Origin: Conexivisphaerales archaeon | GTDB lineage: Archaea > Thermoproteota > Nitrososphaeria > Conexivisphaerales > DTJL01 | Reading direction: 5' to 3' | Assembly: GCA_035543015.1 (NCBI GenBank) | Contig: DATKKG010000017.1 | Coordinates: 92,755 to 156,754 of the forward strand | Length of the DNA: 64,000 nucleotides | Shown: piece after piece, positions 43,339 to 53,297 of the stretch | Position numbering within the stretch: position 1 is the first letter of the stretch | Layout of the letters: each line of letters begins with the position of its first letter | Position numbers and translations under genes: made by a program | Notes under the pieces: generated by a model | Database searches by the model: none | The model's input: the letters and a program-made list of their open reading frames with translations, nothing else | What the model was told of the DNA's origin: nothing

Positions 43339-44112
43339 CTATCGACAGATGTGTGGCATTTCCCTCTTGTGCGCCGACGCCTCGAAGCGAGCCGCGACCT
43401 CGTCCACTTCCTTCCCCAAGGAGAGCTTCGCCTTCGCCTGGTCGGCGCTGAGGCCGTCCTCGGTCAGGGCCACAAGCACCCGGTCGATGGTCTCGTAGGT
43501 CAGCCCAATCTCGCCCTCGGCGGTCTGGCCGGCCCAGAGCCCGGGGCTGCTCGGCTTCCGAAGGATCGAAGCCGCCATGCCGAGGTGCCCGCCCAGCACC
43601 CGAAGCTCCGTCTTGTACAGGCCACCCAGCGGCAGCAGGTCCACTCCCCCGTCCCCGTACTTGGTGAAGTACCCGCAGAGGATCTCGCTCCTGTCGCCCG
43701 TGCCGACCACAAGCCTCGACTCCGAGTTCGCGAAGTAGTAAAGGACAGTCATCCTCGTCCTGGCCTTGAGGTTCCCTTCGGTCACCCTGTCCCCGCCCTT
43801 GAACGGGTACGACATCAGAATGGGCGCGATGTCCACCTCCCGGACCGGGACCCCGAGGCCCTCCGCCTGCAGCCTGGCGTCCGCCATGTCCTTTTCGGAC
43901 GTGAGCCCCTTCTCGGGCAGCAGGAGGCCCAGGACCCTGCCCGGACCCAACGAGTCGACGCAGGCCCTGAGGGCCATCGATGAATCGAGGCCGCCACTGA
44001 GGCCCAGGACCAGGCCGCGGGAGCCGGCGAGCTGGGTCTCCTTCCTTATGAAGTCCTTGACCCCTTCGTACTTGCGCAGAAGGTCGACTTCCCTCACCGG
44101 GGAGCGCAGCAT
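43339..44112 (-). CDS. nadE: NH3-dependent NAD+ synthetase
   Basis: PP-loop GLSGGLDSS in a 257 aa protein. Confidence 0.9.
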   Translation of the reverse strand: MLRSPVREVDLLRKYEGVKDFIRKETQLAGSRGLVLGLSGGLDSSMALRACVDSLGPGRVLGLLLPEKGLTSEKDMADARLQAEGLGVPVREVDIAPILMSYPFKGGDRVTEGNLKARTRMTVLYYFANSESRLVVGTGDRSEILCGYFTKYGDGGVDLLPLGGLYKTELRVLGGHLGMAASILRKPSSPGLWAGQTAEGEIGLTYETIDRVLVALTEDGLSADQAKAKLSLGKEVDEVAARFEASAHKREMPHICR

Positions 44113-44217
44113 GACCCCTTTTCTGCTGAAGGCTCATCATAAACGTTTGCTCGCCGCCGGAAGAAGATTTAAAGACGCGCGACGCCTCATCGGCGAACGC
44201 GGCAGGCAAAGGAGAAG

Positions 44218-45441
44218 ATGAACGACCTCTCTGACAGGATATTCTGGATAGCCAAGGACGAGGAGATCAAGGGCGGGGCAGTCACGGACCAGTACTTCCT
44301 CACCACCGAACAGGCGCTGAAGCTCAAGGAGATGAACCCCATGGTCACCATGGAGGTCTACACCAGGCACGTGCCCTACCCCAGCGAGTGGGGCATAGTT
44401 ACGGGGATCTACGAAGTCGCCAAGCTCTTGGAGGGCCTTCCGCTGGACGCCGATGCGATGGAAGAGGGGGAGGTCTTCGTGACCTCCAGGGGAACGGCGG
44501 CCTACGAGCCCATCCTGAGGATAACCGGCAGGTACAGGTACTTCGCCCGGTTCGAGACGCCCATCCTCGGATTCCTCTGCAGCAGCAGCGGGTTCTCAAC
44601 CAAGGCCGCCAGGATAAAGCTGGTGGCCGGCGACAAGCGCCTGCTCAGCTTCGGGACGCGGAGGGCCCACCCGGCGCTGGCGCCCCTGATCGAGAGGGCA
44701 GCCTACATCGAAGGGTTCGACGGAGTCTCGAACGTCATAGGGGCCAGGCTCCTGGGGATCGAGGCTTCGGGGACCATGCCGCACTCGTTCGTGCTCTGCT
44801 TTGACACCCAGGAGGAGGCCTGGAAGGCGTTCGACGAAGCCCTCCCGGAGGGCGCACCCCGGACGGCGCTGACGGACACCCTCTACGACGAGAAGACCGA
44901 GTCCATCCTCGCCTGGCAGACGCTCGGCAAGAGGCTTGGGGCGGTCAGGCTGGACACCCCTTCCACCAGAAGGGGGGAGTGGAGGAAGATCATCGAGGAG
45001 GTCCGCTGGGAGCTGAACCTAAGGGGCGCCGACAAGGTGAAGATCTTCGTGTCAGGCGGGATAGACGAAAAGGAGGTCGCCGACCTCCGCGACGTGGTCG
45101 ACGGGTTCGGCGTCGGAACAAGCGTGGCCTGCGCCCCCACCATAGACTTCAACATGAAGATGGTGGAGATCGAAGGAAAGGGCGGCAAGATGGTCCCGAG
45201 GGCCAAGAGGGGGGACCTGTCGGGGGCCAAGGACGTGCAGAGGGACCCCGCCACGATGGAGGACTTCCTGGTGAGGAGCGGGAAGCCGCTGCCGAAGGGG
45301 AGGATCTCCTTGCTCAGCCCCCTGATCAGGGACGGGAGGGTCGTCAGGAGGTTCCTCTCGATCGATGAGCTGAGAGAACGGCAGGCGGAAAGGCTGGCTT
45401 CGGTCAGGGAGCACGAGCCGACGGTGGAGCTTCGGTTCTGA
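44218..45441 (+). CDS. nicotinate phosphoribosyltransferase family protein
   Basis: 407 aa with the archaeal NAPRTase-like layout (GTRRAHP ... GTMPHSF ... VRLDTPS). It lies divergent from nadE. Confidence 0.85.
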   Translation: MNDLSDRIFWIAKDEEIKGGAVTDQYFLTTEQALKLKEMNPMVTMEVYTRHVPYPSEWGIVTGIYEVAKLLEGLPLDADAMEEGEVFVTSRGTAAYEPILRITGRYRYFARFETPILGFLCSSSGFSTKAARIKLVAGDKRLLSFGTRRAHPALAPLIERAAYIEGFDGVSNVIGARLLGIEASGTMPHSFVLCFDTQEEAWKAFDEALPEGAPRTALTDTLYDEKTESILAWQTLGKRLGAVRLDTPSTRRGEWRKIIEEVRWELNLRGADKVKIFVSGGIDEKEVADLRDVVDGFGVGTSVACAPTIDFNMKMVEIEGKGGKMVPRAKRGDLSGAKDVQRDPATMEDFLVRSGKPLPKGRISLLSPLIRDGRVVRRFLSIDELRERQAERLASVREHEPTVELRF

Positions 45442-47734
45442 CGGCGCCGGCCTCCGTGTGGTAGTAGATCATCGCCAGGAAGACGACCATCCCGGAGAAG
45501 GCTATCACCCCAAAGGGCACGAAGTCCGGGAAAGAGTCCGTCCCCGACGCGCCTCCCGACTGCGAGCTGAGGCCCGACATCACGATCAGACGGCCCGTCT
45601 GAGACCCGGGCGAGCCGGGCAGGGAGACGACGACCCTGTAGAAGCCAGTCATCTCAGGCAGGAGAGAGAAGTTGTGCGAAGCGGAGATGGTGCCCTCGAG
45701 TACGGTGCCGTCCGGCCTGACGATGGTCACCAAGGCGTCAGCCGTCCCTCTGTACGACGAATAGATCTGGCCTGAGGCGGCGTCGTAGCCCACCCATATG
45801 GCCCCCGGCACCACGCGCACTGGAAGGGAGTAAGTGTACCCGCCCCAGCCCAGCTTGAGCCGGTCCTCTCCCTGGGATAGGGAGGACGCCGCCGAGGCGG
45901 TGACAGTGAAGCCTGAGGAGCCCACGGACGAAATGGCGAGCGGGTATGAGCCGGAGTATGAAACGGAGCCCAGGCTGCCTCCGTCGAACGACGTCACGGC
46001 TACGGACTCCGAGTACGCCTGCGCTGTGGAAGGGTAGAGCATGACGTAGTGGACGTCGAGGGCGAAGGGCAGGGACAGAGTGCGGGTGATGTTCAGGACG
46101 CCCGCCCCCTGGACCTGAAGCGGGAACTGACCGAAGTAACCTCCGGCGACCGTCGCCCCAAGGGAGACCATCGAAAAGGCCTCCTCGGCGGTTATGTTGG
46201 GGCGGAGCTGCGCGAGGAGGGCGAGAGTCCCGCTCACCTGCGGCGTGGAGAAGCTGGTCCCGGAGCCTTCCACGTAGGCGGACGTCCCCGTCAGCGGGGC
46301 CACGACGCTGTCCCCGGGGGCCAGGACCTCGGGCTTCACCGAGAACTCGTCGGACGGTCCCAGGGAGGTGAAGACCGCCGGGTAAAGAATGCTGCCCGGC
46401 TTGAAGACGACCAAGGTGACGTTGGTGCCGTCTCCCGAAGGCTTTCCGATGGCCGAACCTTCCGCGCCGGAGACCGCGACGACGGGTATGCGGGGCGCAT
46501 ATGAGGTGTCGTTGGAGGCCAAGGCCGGACCCCCGGTGGTTCCGTTGGCCGTGAAGCTGAGCGGCGAATCGTTGACCACCACCAGGGCGATGGCCCCCGC
46601 GTTCGCAGCATCCTGCTCCATCGCTGAGAACAGCGTCTGGTGGTCCCGGACAGAAACCGCTATGCGGCCCGTGAGGTTCAAGCCAGCGACTTGGCTCGGC
46701 TTGCCGTTGCCGATGAAGACCGTCTGCCCCCCGATGACGCCGGACGTAAGGGGGGTGTCGTTCATGGGCATTGCGGTCAGGAGGACCTTGCCTCCTATGG
46801 AGACCTCGGCCTGAGGATCAGTCGTGGCGAGGCTGACAGACGAGCCCACCCCGAAGTAGTACTGGAGGTCGCCGGGAGCCTCGGCGCTGGCGGGGTCCGG
46901 CCCGTCGTTTCCGATGGCGGCCACCAGCTCCATCCCCTTCGAATAGAGGAGCTGGCCAAGGGAGTTCAGGGAGCTTGACGTGAACCCGCCGCCCAGGCTG
47001 AGGTTCACGACCTTCGCCCCGTCCGTTGAGGCCTGGTCAAGGGCCTCGACTATGAGCGTCGTCGACGTCTCGCCCTTGTTGAAGACCTTGTATACGAGGA
47101 GCTCGGCGCCCGGGGCGACGCCCTTGAATGCGGACGAATTCCCGGCTATGATGCCGCTCACGGCGGTGCCGTGGCCGTCGTCATCCGAGAGGTCGTTGTT
47201 GTCGTCAACGAAGTTGTAGCCCCCCACGACCTTTGCTCCCATGGCGCCGCCGAGCGCGGGGTGGTTGACATCCACGCCGGTATCCACGACCGCCACCTTG
47301 ACGCCTGCGCCCGTCACGTTGCCGCCCAGGAAGTAGTCGAAGCCGGTGACCGCCTGGCTCGAGCCGATGGATTCTGGGCCCAGGGTGACCACCGTTGAGT
47401 TCAGGAGCAGGATGGGATGGAGGCGCTGTCGAATGGCTTCCGCGGTCGCATCGGAAGCGGCGAAGGCGCCCCCCACGCCTATGCTTGAGAAGTAGCGGAG
47501 GACCTTGACGTCCAGCCCCGACCTTGCCAGGCCGCCGAAGAAGGCGACCGAGTCGTCGTAGGTCCTCGATCCTTGAGGCCCGCTGAAGACGACGACGTAT
47601 GTGCTGGGTCCGCGGGAAGGGGGAGGGGCTCCCCCAAGGACCGAGATGATGACTAGCAAGACCAGAAGTGCGCCTGCCGCGACCCTGACAGATCTCCCGG
47701 AGAACCCGACGCGCGAGGCAGCTGGGGCAGGCAA
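45404..47734 (-). CDS. subtilisin-like serine protease (S8, pyrolysin-like) with signal peptide and C-terminal TM
   Basis: Catalytic triad contexts VAVVDTGVD, DDDGHGTAVSG and SGTSFSTPQVSG. TTG start. Confidence 0.9.
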   Translation of the reverse strand: MPAPAASRVGFSGRSVRVAAGALLVLLVIISVLGGAPPPSRGPSTYVVVFSGPQGSRTYDDSVAFFGGLARSGLDVKVLRYFSSIGVGGAFAASDATAEAIRQRLHPILLLNSTVVTLGPESIGSSQAVTGFDYFLGGNVTGAGVKVAVVDTGVDVNHPALGGAMGAKVVGGYNFVDDNNDLSDDDGHGTAVSGIIAGNSSAFKGVAPGAELLVYKVFNKGETSTTLIVEALDQASTDGAKVVNLSLGGGFTSSSLNSLGQLLYSKGMELVAAIGNDGPDPASAEAPGDLQYYFGVGSSVSLATTDPQAEVSIGGKVLLTAMPMNDTPLTSGVIGGQTVFIGNGKPSQVAGLNLTGRIAVSVRDHQTLFSAMEQDAANAGAIALVVVNDSPLSFTANGTTGGPALASNDTSYAPRIPVVAVSGAEGSAIGKPSGDGTNVTLVVFKPGSILYPAVFTSLGPSDEFSVKPEVLAPGDSVVAPLTGTSAYVEGSGTSFSTPQVSGTLALLAQLRPNITAEEAFSMVSLGATVAGGYFGQFPLQVQGAGVLNITRTLSLPFALDVHYVMLYPSTAQAYSESVAVTSFDGGSLGSVSYSGSYPLAISSVGSSGFTVTASAASSLSQGEDRLKLGWGGYTYSLPVRVVPGAIWVGYDAASGQIYSSYRGTADALVTIVRPDGTVLEGTISASHNFSLLPEMTGFYRVVVSLPGSPGSQTGRLIVMSGLSSQSGGASGTDSFPDFVPFGVIAFSGMVVFLAMIYYHTEAGAVRTEAPPSARAP

Positions 47735-47804
47735 TTTCAGCGGTCTTCTCCCAGACCTTCGAATGGTGGGCTAATATCCGTTCTGCAGGTGCCAGGTCCC
47801 CGCC

Positions 47805-48533
47805 TCAGTCGGATTCGATGAGAAGCCTGTCCGCCAGCTCCTCGAGGTTGCCCAGCTTGGAGCCGTCGAGCAGGAACGCCTCGGCCTCGTAGGAGCCCTT
47901 GAGGAACCGTTCCACCACCGGCTCCCACTTCTTGGGCGTGAACTCGGAGGCCGGCATCCCGGAAAGGAGCGGGTTGAAGGCAGGCATGACTATCAGCGTC
48001 TGAACGGCCGGGGCCTCGCCGAACGTGAGCCTCACCCAGATCCCCTGGCGCGTGCCCTGTCTTGAGAGGATGAGGTGGTGGTGGCCCGTCACCAGCACCT
48101 TGGACCTCCCGACGGACGCGGCCGGATGTGCGTGGCCGTGGAAGAAGCCAACGCGCCCTTCGGTCGTCTGGAGGGCCATCCCCCCCGGGCCCGCCAGCCT
48201 GACCTTGGCTGGGAGCAGCGGCGCGAGGCCTCCGTCGTGGTTGCCTGGGATGACGTAGAGTTCGTCGAAGGCGTCCTCCAGCCCGCGGAAGAACGAGGCC
48301 ACGGACATCGAGGTGTAGAGCGAAGCCCCTCTGATGTCGTGCTTGACATCCCCCAGGATGACCAGCCTCCTGGCGGAGTTGCCCTCCCCGATCGCCTTAA
48401 CCCTGTCCAGGAGGAGCTGGGTCTGTTCGGGGACGTGGACGCCCCTGGCCTCGAGCGCCCTCTCGAATCCGAGATGGAGGTCGGAGATGGCCAGGGTGCC
48501 ATCGTCCACCAGGAGCGCCGGCTGGCCTGTCAC
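47805..48533 (-). CDS. metallophosphoesterase (archaeal SbcD/Mre11-related, MPE type)
   Basis: Calcineurin-fold motifs ISDLHLG, ILGDVKHD, GNHDG and GHHH. Confidence 0.8.
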   Translation of the reverse strand: MTGQPALLVDDGTLAISDLHLGFERALEARGVHVPEQTQLLLDRVKAIGEGNSARRLVILGDVKHDIRGASLYTSMSVASFFRGLEDAFDELYVIPGNHDGGLAPLLPAKVRLAGPGGMALQTTEGRVGFFHGHAHPAASVGRSKVLVTGHHHLILSRQGTRQGIWVRLTFGEAPAVQTLIVMPAFNPLLSGMPASEFTPKKWEPVVERFLKGSYEAEAFLLDGSKLGNLEELADRLLIESD

Positions 48534-48569
48534 GAGCCTCAGAGGCAGAAGGAGGACCTCCTCCAGGAC

Positions 48570-49256
48570 CTACCTCGATTCGGAGGCGAGCGGTGCGATC
48601 TCCTCGAAGACGTAAGAGACGACCTCGCTGGGGTCCACCTGGGTGAAGACCGTCACCACGCAGCTCCTGGTCAGCCCGATGATGAACCTCTTGCTCTTCG
48701 AGGCCACCACAACGTACCACAGGCGACCGTGCGTTAGATAGTCACGGTAGGTGTTGGTGTCCGACAGCCCGGAACCGTAGAGCGCGAGCTTCGTTATGTT
48801 GGGGATGTCGACCTGGTCGAAGTAGACCACCCTCGCATCCTCGAAGCTGGACTCATAGTACTTCTCCATGGTCTCCGGGGTGATCCTGTCCTCCACGACC
48901 GCAGCCGGCCTCATGAACAGGATCCTGCTAAAGTCGTTCGCCAGCTCGTTGGCCCTGGGCTTCTTCTCGAATATCAGGAGGTGCACGTTCCCACCGACCT
49001 CCTTGAAGAAGAAGGGGGCAACCATCGTGCGCAGGGCGGGCCTCCACTCGTCCCTCTGGTTTATCCTGATGACCATGTCCTTGAGGATGCGCCCCCTGAG
49101 CATGCCTCCCTCGTACCTCAGATCGCGCACCTCGGTCACCAACTGAAGCTTCGTCTCCTCGTCCTCCCTCTCGACCCTGAATCCCTCCAGCTTCTGAAAG
49201 GCCCCGTCCAGCGTCAGAGGCAGGCCGAGGCGGAAGAGCTTGCAAGCGATGACCAT
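48570..49256 (-). CDS. hypothetical protein, probably co-transcribed with the metallophosphoesterase
   Basis: 228 aa alpha/beta-looking ORF. It lies 36 nt upstream of the MPE gene on the same strand, and an AT-rich promoter region is upstream. Confidence 0.5.
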   Translation of the reverse strand: MVIACKLFRLGLPLTLDGAFQKLEGFRVEREDEETKLQLVTEVRDLRYEGGMLRGRILKDMVIRINQRDEWRPALRTMVAPFFFKEVGGNVHLLIFEKKPRANELANDFSRILFMRPAAVVEDRITPETMEKYYESSFEDARVVYFDQVDIPNITKLALYGSGLSDTNTYRDYLTHGRLWYVVVASKSKRFIIGLTRSCVVTVFTQVDPSEVVSYVFEEIAPLASESR

Positions 49257-49503
49257 TGCGGGCTGGCGTATGGAGGCGAAGCGCTATTAGCCTATCGGAC
49301 GGAGCCCCGGTCATAATCGCTAAATACATAAACTATATGAAACTGATGCGGAATAATCACCTTCGCTGTCGCCTTGGGTCGTCCTAAGGAGGGTTTGTCT
49401 CTTTCATGTTCACCTTTATTACGAGATTGGGGACCGGAACTAATAATTTCGACATTCGGCAAGCTTTTAGGTTGATTTCGCATGACCCTACGAGAGGCTG
49501 GCC

Positions 49504-50337
49504 TTGAACAGAATCGTCCTGAAAAGGGACCTGGCTCAGTCGACCCGTTTGATTCAGGTTGAAAACCCAGCGGTCGCTTCCAGGGTCAGACCCGGCCAGT
49601 TCATGATGGTCATGAGCGACGAGACTGGCGAAAGGGTGCCTCTGACAGCTGCAGACTGGGACCCCTCCAGAGGGACGGTCTCCATCGTCTTCCTCGAAGT
49701 GGGCGCCTCCACACGGAAGCTCGGGCTGCTGGCGGAGGGGGAGGAGCTCTACCATCTTGCAGGCCCGCTCGGCAACCCCACCGAAGTGGAGAACTTTGGG
49801 AACGTCGTCATAGTGGGAGGCGGAGTCGGGATAGCAACGGCGTACCCTGTCGCGAGGGCAATGAGGGAGGCTGGCAACCATGTCACCTCCATAATAGGCG
49901 CCAGGTCGTCTGACAAGCTGATCTTCAAGGACGAGATCAGGTCGGCGTCCGACGACTTCAGGGTGGCCACCGACGACGGCAGCGAAGGGCGGAAAGGCTT
50001 CGTCAGCGACGTGCTCAGGGAGCTGCTCCAGTCCGGGACGAAGGTCGACAGGGTCTTCACCGTGGGGCCGACTGTGATGATGAAGGTTGTCGCCGACACG
50101 ACCCTGCCGTTCGGCGTGAAGACGGTGGCCAGCCTTAACCCGATAATGCTCTGCGGCATGGGGATGTGCGGCGGCTGCAGGGTGAGGGTCGGCGGGGCTG
50201 TGAAGTTCGCCTGCGTGGACGGCCCCGACTTCGACGCCAACCAGGTGGACTTCAGGGAGCTCATGGCCAGGCTTTCACAGTACAGGACCGAAGAGGCGAC
50301 GGCCCTTCAGCTGCTCCAGCAGAGGTTGGCGAGCTAG
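49504..50337 (+). CDS. PyrK-like FAD/[2Fe-2S] subunit (NfnA / SudB type)
   Basis: RPGQFMMV ... GGGVGIA ... CGMGMCGGCRV...CVDGP. Confidence 0.85.
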   Translation: MNRIVLKRDLAQSTRLIQVENPAVASRVRPGQFMMVMSDETGERVPLTAADWDPSRGTVSIVFLEVGASTRKLGLLAEGEELYHLAGPLGNPTEVENFGNVVIVGGGVGIATAYPVARAMREAGNHVTSIIGARSSDKLIFKDEIRSASDDFRVATDDGSEGRKGFVSDVLRELLQSGTKVDRVFTVGPTVMMKVVADTTLPFGVKTVASLNPIMLCGMGMCGGCRVRVGGAVKFACVDGPDFDANQVDFRELMARLSQYRTEEATALQLLQQRLAS

Positions 50338-51738
50338 ATGGGCAAAGTGCAACCCAGGGTCCGGATGGCCAAGAGGGAGCCCGAAGACAGGGCCAAGGAC
50401 TTCGACGAGGTGGCCCTGGGGCTCACCGACGAGGAGGCCGAGTACGAAGCGAGCCGCTGCCTGCAGTGCCCGAAGCAGCCGTGCATCGCGGCATGCCCGG
50501 TCGGGGCGCTGATCCCGTCCTTCATGAAGGCAGTGAAGGAGAAGGAGATGGGCAAGGCATACGAGATCGTCCGGGAGAAGAACCGCATACCCGCCATCTC
50601 AGGGAGGGTCTGCCCTCAGGAGAGCCTGTGCGAAGAGGAGTGCACCCTCGCCAGGATCGGCCAGCCGGTGGCCATCGGCGCGGTGGAGAGGTACATCGCC
50701 GACTACGCCCTGAAGAACGGTCTCAGCAGGGAGATCAGGCCGGGAGAGGAAGGGCGGAGGAAGATCGCGGTCGTTGGCAGCGGTCCCGCGGGCCTGACGG
50801 TCGCGGCGGAGATGGTCGCAAGGGGGCACGAAGTCAAGGTCTTCGAGGCGCTCCACAAGCCCGGCGGGGTCGTCGTCTACGGCATACCGGAGTTCAGGCT
50901 GCCGAAGAAGATAGTCGAGCAGGAGGTGGACACGCTGAGGAGGCAGGGCGTGGGCTTCGAATACGGGGTCATAGTCGGCAGGACTGTGAAGGTCAGGGAC
51001 CTCTTCGACGACGGCTTCGACTCGGTGTTCGTGGGGACGGGAGCGGGCTCCCCCAAGTTCATGGGGCTCCCTGGCGAGAACCTCAACTACGTCTACAGCT
51101 CGAACGAGTTCCTCACAAGGATAAACCTCCTCAAGGCCTACTCCTTCCCTACCTACGGGACGCCCGTCAAGGTGGGCCAGAAGGTCGTGGTCATCGGCGC
51201 GGGCAACACCGCCATGGATTCAGGCAGGACGGCTCTCAGGATGGGGGCCAAGGAGGTATACATAGTGTACAGGCGGACGAGGGCTGAAATGCCCGCGAGG
51301 CGCGAAGAGGTCCTCAACGCGGAGGAGGAGGGAGTTCAGTTCCTCATGCTGTCCTCTCCAGTGAGGTTCCTCGGCGACGAAAAGGGCAGCGTGAAGGGCC
51401 TGGAGCTGCAGGCGATGGAGCTAGGTGAGCCCGACCAGTCTGGGAGGAGGAGGCCGAGGCCCGTCTCAGGCTCGGAGTTCCTCAAGGACGCGGACACGGT
51501 TGTAATGGCCATCGGGAACAGGGTCAACCCCCTGATCCAGATGACTACCCCCGGCCTAGCGACCGCTGGAGAAGAGGGGCTCATCAAGGTCGACGGGACG
51601 TACGAATCCTCGATCAAGGGCCTCTATGCCGCCGGGGACGTGGTGCTCGGGGAGGCCACCGTGATCCAGGCGATGGGGACAGGCCAGAAGGCTGCCCTGA
51701 GCATGCAGAGGAAGTTGGAGCCCCCGCCTTCCCTCTAG
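50338..51738 (+). CDS. glutamate synthase small-chain-like NAD(P)H oxidoreductase (NfnB / SudA / GltD type)
   Basis: CLQCPKQPCIAACPV, VAVVGSGPAGL and VVIGAGNTAMD motifs. It abuts the previous gene with no gap. Confidence 0.9.
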   Translation: MGKVQPRVRMAKREPEDRAKDFDEVALGLTDEEAEYEASRCLQCPKQPCIAACPVGALIPSFMKAVKEKEMGKAYEIVREKNRIPAISGRVCPQESLCEEECTLARIGQPVAIGAVERYIADYALKNGLSREIRPGEEGRRKIAVVGSGPAGLTVAAEMVARGHEVKVFEALHKPGGVVVYGIPEFRLPKKIVEQEVDTLRRQGVGFEYGVIVGRTVKVRDLFDDGFDSVFVGTGAGSPKFMGLPGENLNYVYSSNEFLTRINLLKAYSFPTYGTPVKVGQKVVVIGAGNTAMDSGRTALRMGAKEVYIVYRRTRAEMPARREEVLNAEEEGVQFLMLSSPVRFLGDEKGSVKGLELQAMELGEPDQSGRRRPRPVSGSEFLKDADTVVMAIGNRVNPLIQMTTPGLATAGEEGLIKVDGTYESSIKGLYAAGDVVLGEATVIQAMGTGQKAALSMQRKLEPPPSL

Positions 51739-51950
51739 ACCAGGATCGGCGGACGGCCCTCAGCCGGGGGAGATCCCATCCTTCGCGCCCGTCTTCAGCT
51801 TGGACGAATGGAGGCCCACATTGAGTGGAGGAACCCGATCCTTCCGAGGACACAGCCGGCGCGTCGCCAGGCACATGAGGATAGGAGATTGAGGCTCGGA
51901 ACTCACTCAACACATCGTGTCCAGAAGGCTTCTTCACGGCGACGGCTGGC

Positions 51951-52406
51951 TCAGGGAGACTCGGTGGAAGGAAGAGGGGCGGGCTCCGCTTTGGGCTGGG
52001 ACCGGGGCGTCTCTTTCATGGCGCTGTAGCTCAGGTAGCCGCCCTTCGCGATGAAGACGCATACAGGCATCATCAGGAGGTATGCCAGAGGCATGAAGCC
52101 GGCCGCCGTGACCACCGTCACCTGGAGCCCCGTCGACGTGGTCTGCTGGGTCGCTATCGCCACCTTCCCGTCCTGGAAGACGTAGAGGAGGAAACCGATG
52201 ATCGAGAAGCCCAGCACCACCGACATCGCCCCCTCCCATCTCGTCTTCGTCGCGATGGAGTAGACGACGGCCAGCGCCGCCGCGGGAAGGAGCAGCTCCT
52301 GTATCCTTGAGGTAAGCGGCGTAGTGCCGGAGGAGGTGACGAGCCCCACGAAAGGCCCGAACAGCAGGAGGGTCTGCGGTAGAAGGTAGAACGTGGAGTA
52401 CGCCAC
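51951..52406 (-). CDS. hypothetical 4-TM membrane protein
   Basis: 151 aa hydrophobic ORF. It is the last gene of a four-gene same-strand cluster. Confidence 0.5.
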   Translation of the reverse strand: MAYSTFYLLPQTLLLFGPFVGLVTSSGTTPLTSRIQELLLPAAALAVVYSIATKTRWEGAMSVVLGFSIIGFLLYVFQDGKVAIATQQTTSTGLQVTVVTAAGFMPLAYLLMMPVCVFIAKGGYLSYSAMKETPRSQPKAEPAPLPSTESP

Positions 52407-52461
52407 GACGAGGCCCAGCGCTGCCCCGGTGACCCGATTGAAGAGCCGGCTGTGAGGCGAT

Positions 52462-52938
52462 TCAGCCCACCCCCGCCAGGGTCAGGTTCGAGTCCACCTC
52501 GACGCTCACAAGGCCGGAGACGCCCGACTCGAGGCCGACGATCAGCCTGACCGCGGACTTGCCGCTCCTGAAGGAATCGTAGATCGCCTGCGGCACGGTA
52601 GAGAAGTCCAGCGAAAAGGTCATGTTCCCCCTGGCAGACCCGAACGCTGCCACCCTGAAGCTCTGCGGCTGGGAGGCGACAAGGAGGTTGCCGTCGGCGT
52701 CGTAGAGCTTCGCCCAGACGAACACGTCGTCGGTGGACAGGGGCCCGGGGTTTATCGCATGATAGCCCAGGGACACGGAGACTACCTTTCCCTGGACGGC
52801 GACCTGGGGCTGGGACAGGCTCGCAGCAAGAAGGGTCCCGAAGCCGCTGAGCATGACAAGGCCGATCACGATCATGACGGCCGCGACAGACCCGAGCTCG
52901 ACCCATCTGAAGGCCTTGAGCACGCCCGCCGAGGGCAT
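52462..52938 (-). CDS. membrane-anchored beta-rich (LEA_2/immunoglobulin-like?) protein
   Basis: The ATG at 52938 gives a single N-terminal TM followed by a beta-strand-rich ectodomain. Confidence 0.45.
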   Translation of the reverse strand: MPSAGVLKAFRWVELGSVAAVMIVIGLVMLSGFGTLLAASLSQPQVAVQGKVVSVSLGYHAINPGPLSTDDVFVWAKLYDADGNLLVASQPQSFRVAAFGSARGNMTFSLDFSTVPQAIYDSFRSGKSAVRLIVGLESGVSGLVSVEVDSNLTLAGVG

Positions 52939-53015
52939 AGCAATGGTGGCGGTTACAGCGTATTTAAGGGGTGGCGACCAAGGCACCGAAGGCCCGCCGC
53001 CCAAGAAGGAACAGT

Positions 53016-53297
53016 CTATATCTCGAGCCCGAAGGCCTTGGCGTACTCTTCGAAGGTCTCCATGCTCGACAGGAACTCCTTCCCCTTGTCACTGAGCCTG
53101 TAGAGCGAACCCCTTTCGACCGGTATCTTAACTATGAGCCCCTTGTCCACCAGCTCCTCTGTGAGGTCGATCATCCTGGAGTACGAGAGGTTGGCCTTCC
53201 TCAAGAGAGAGGTGACCTTGGCCCCCTCCTCGTCGTCGTCCCTTACCGCCCTCAGAAGGTCGGCCATCACCCGGACCTGGGACCGGTAGGTCGTCAT
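53016..53297 (-). CDS. small winged-helix DNA-binding protein (COG3432-like)
   Basis: MTTYRSQVRVMADLLRAV ... TSLLRKANLSYSRMIDLTEELVDKGLI. The ATG at 53297 overlaps the stop of the upstream membrane gene (ATGA). Confidence 0.6.
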   Translation of the reverse strand: MTTYRSQVRVMADLLRAVRDDDEEGAKVTSLLRKANLSYSRMIDLTEELVDKGLIVKIPVERGSLYRLSDKGKEFLSSMETFEEYAKAFGLEI

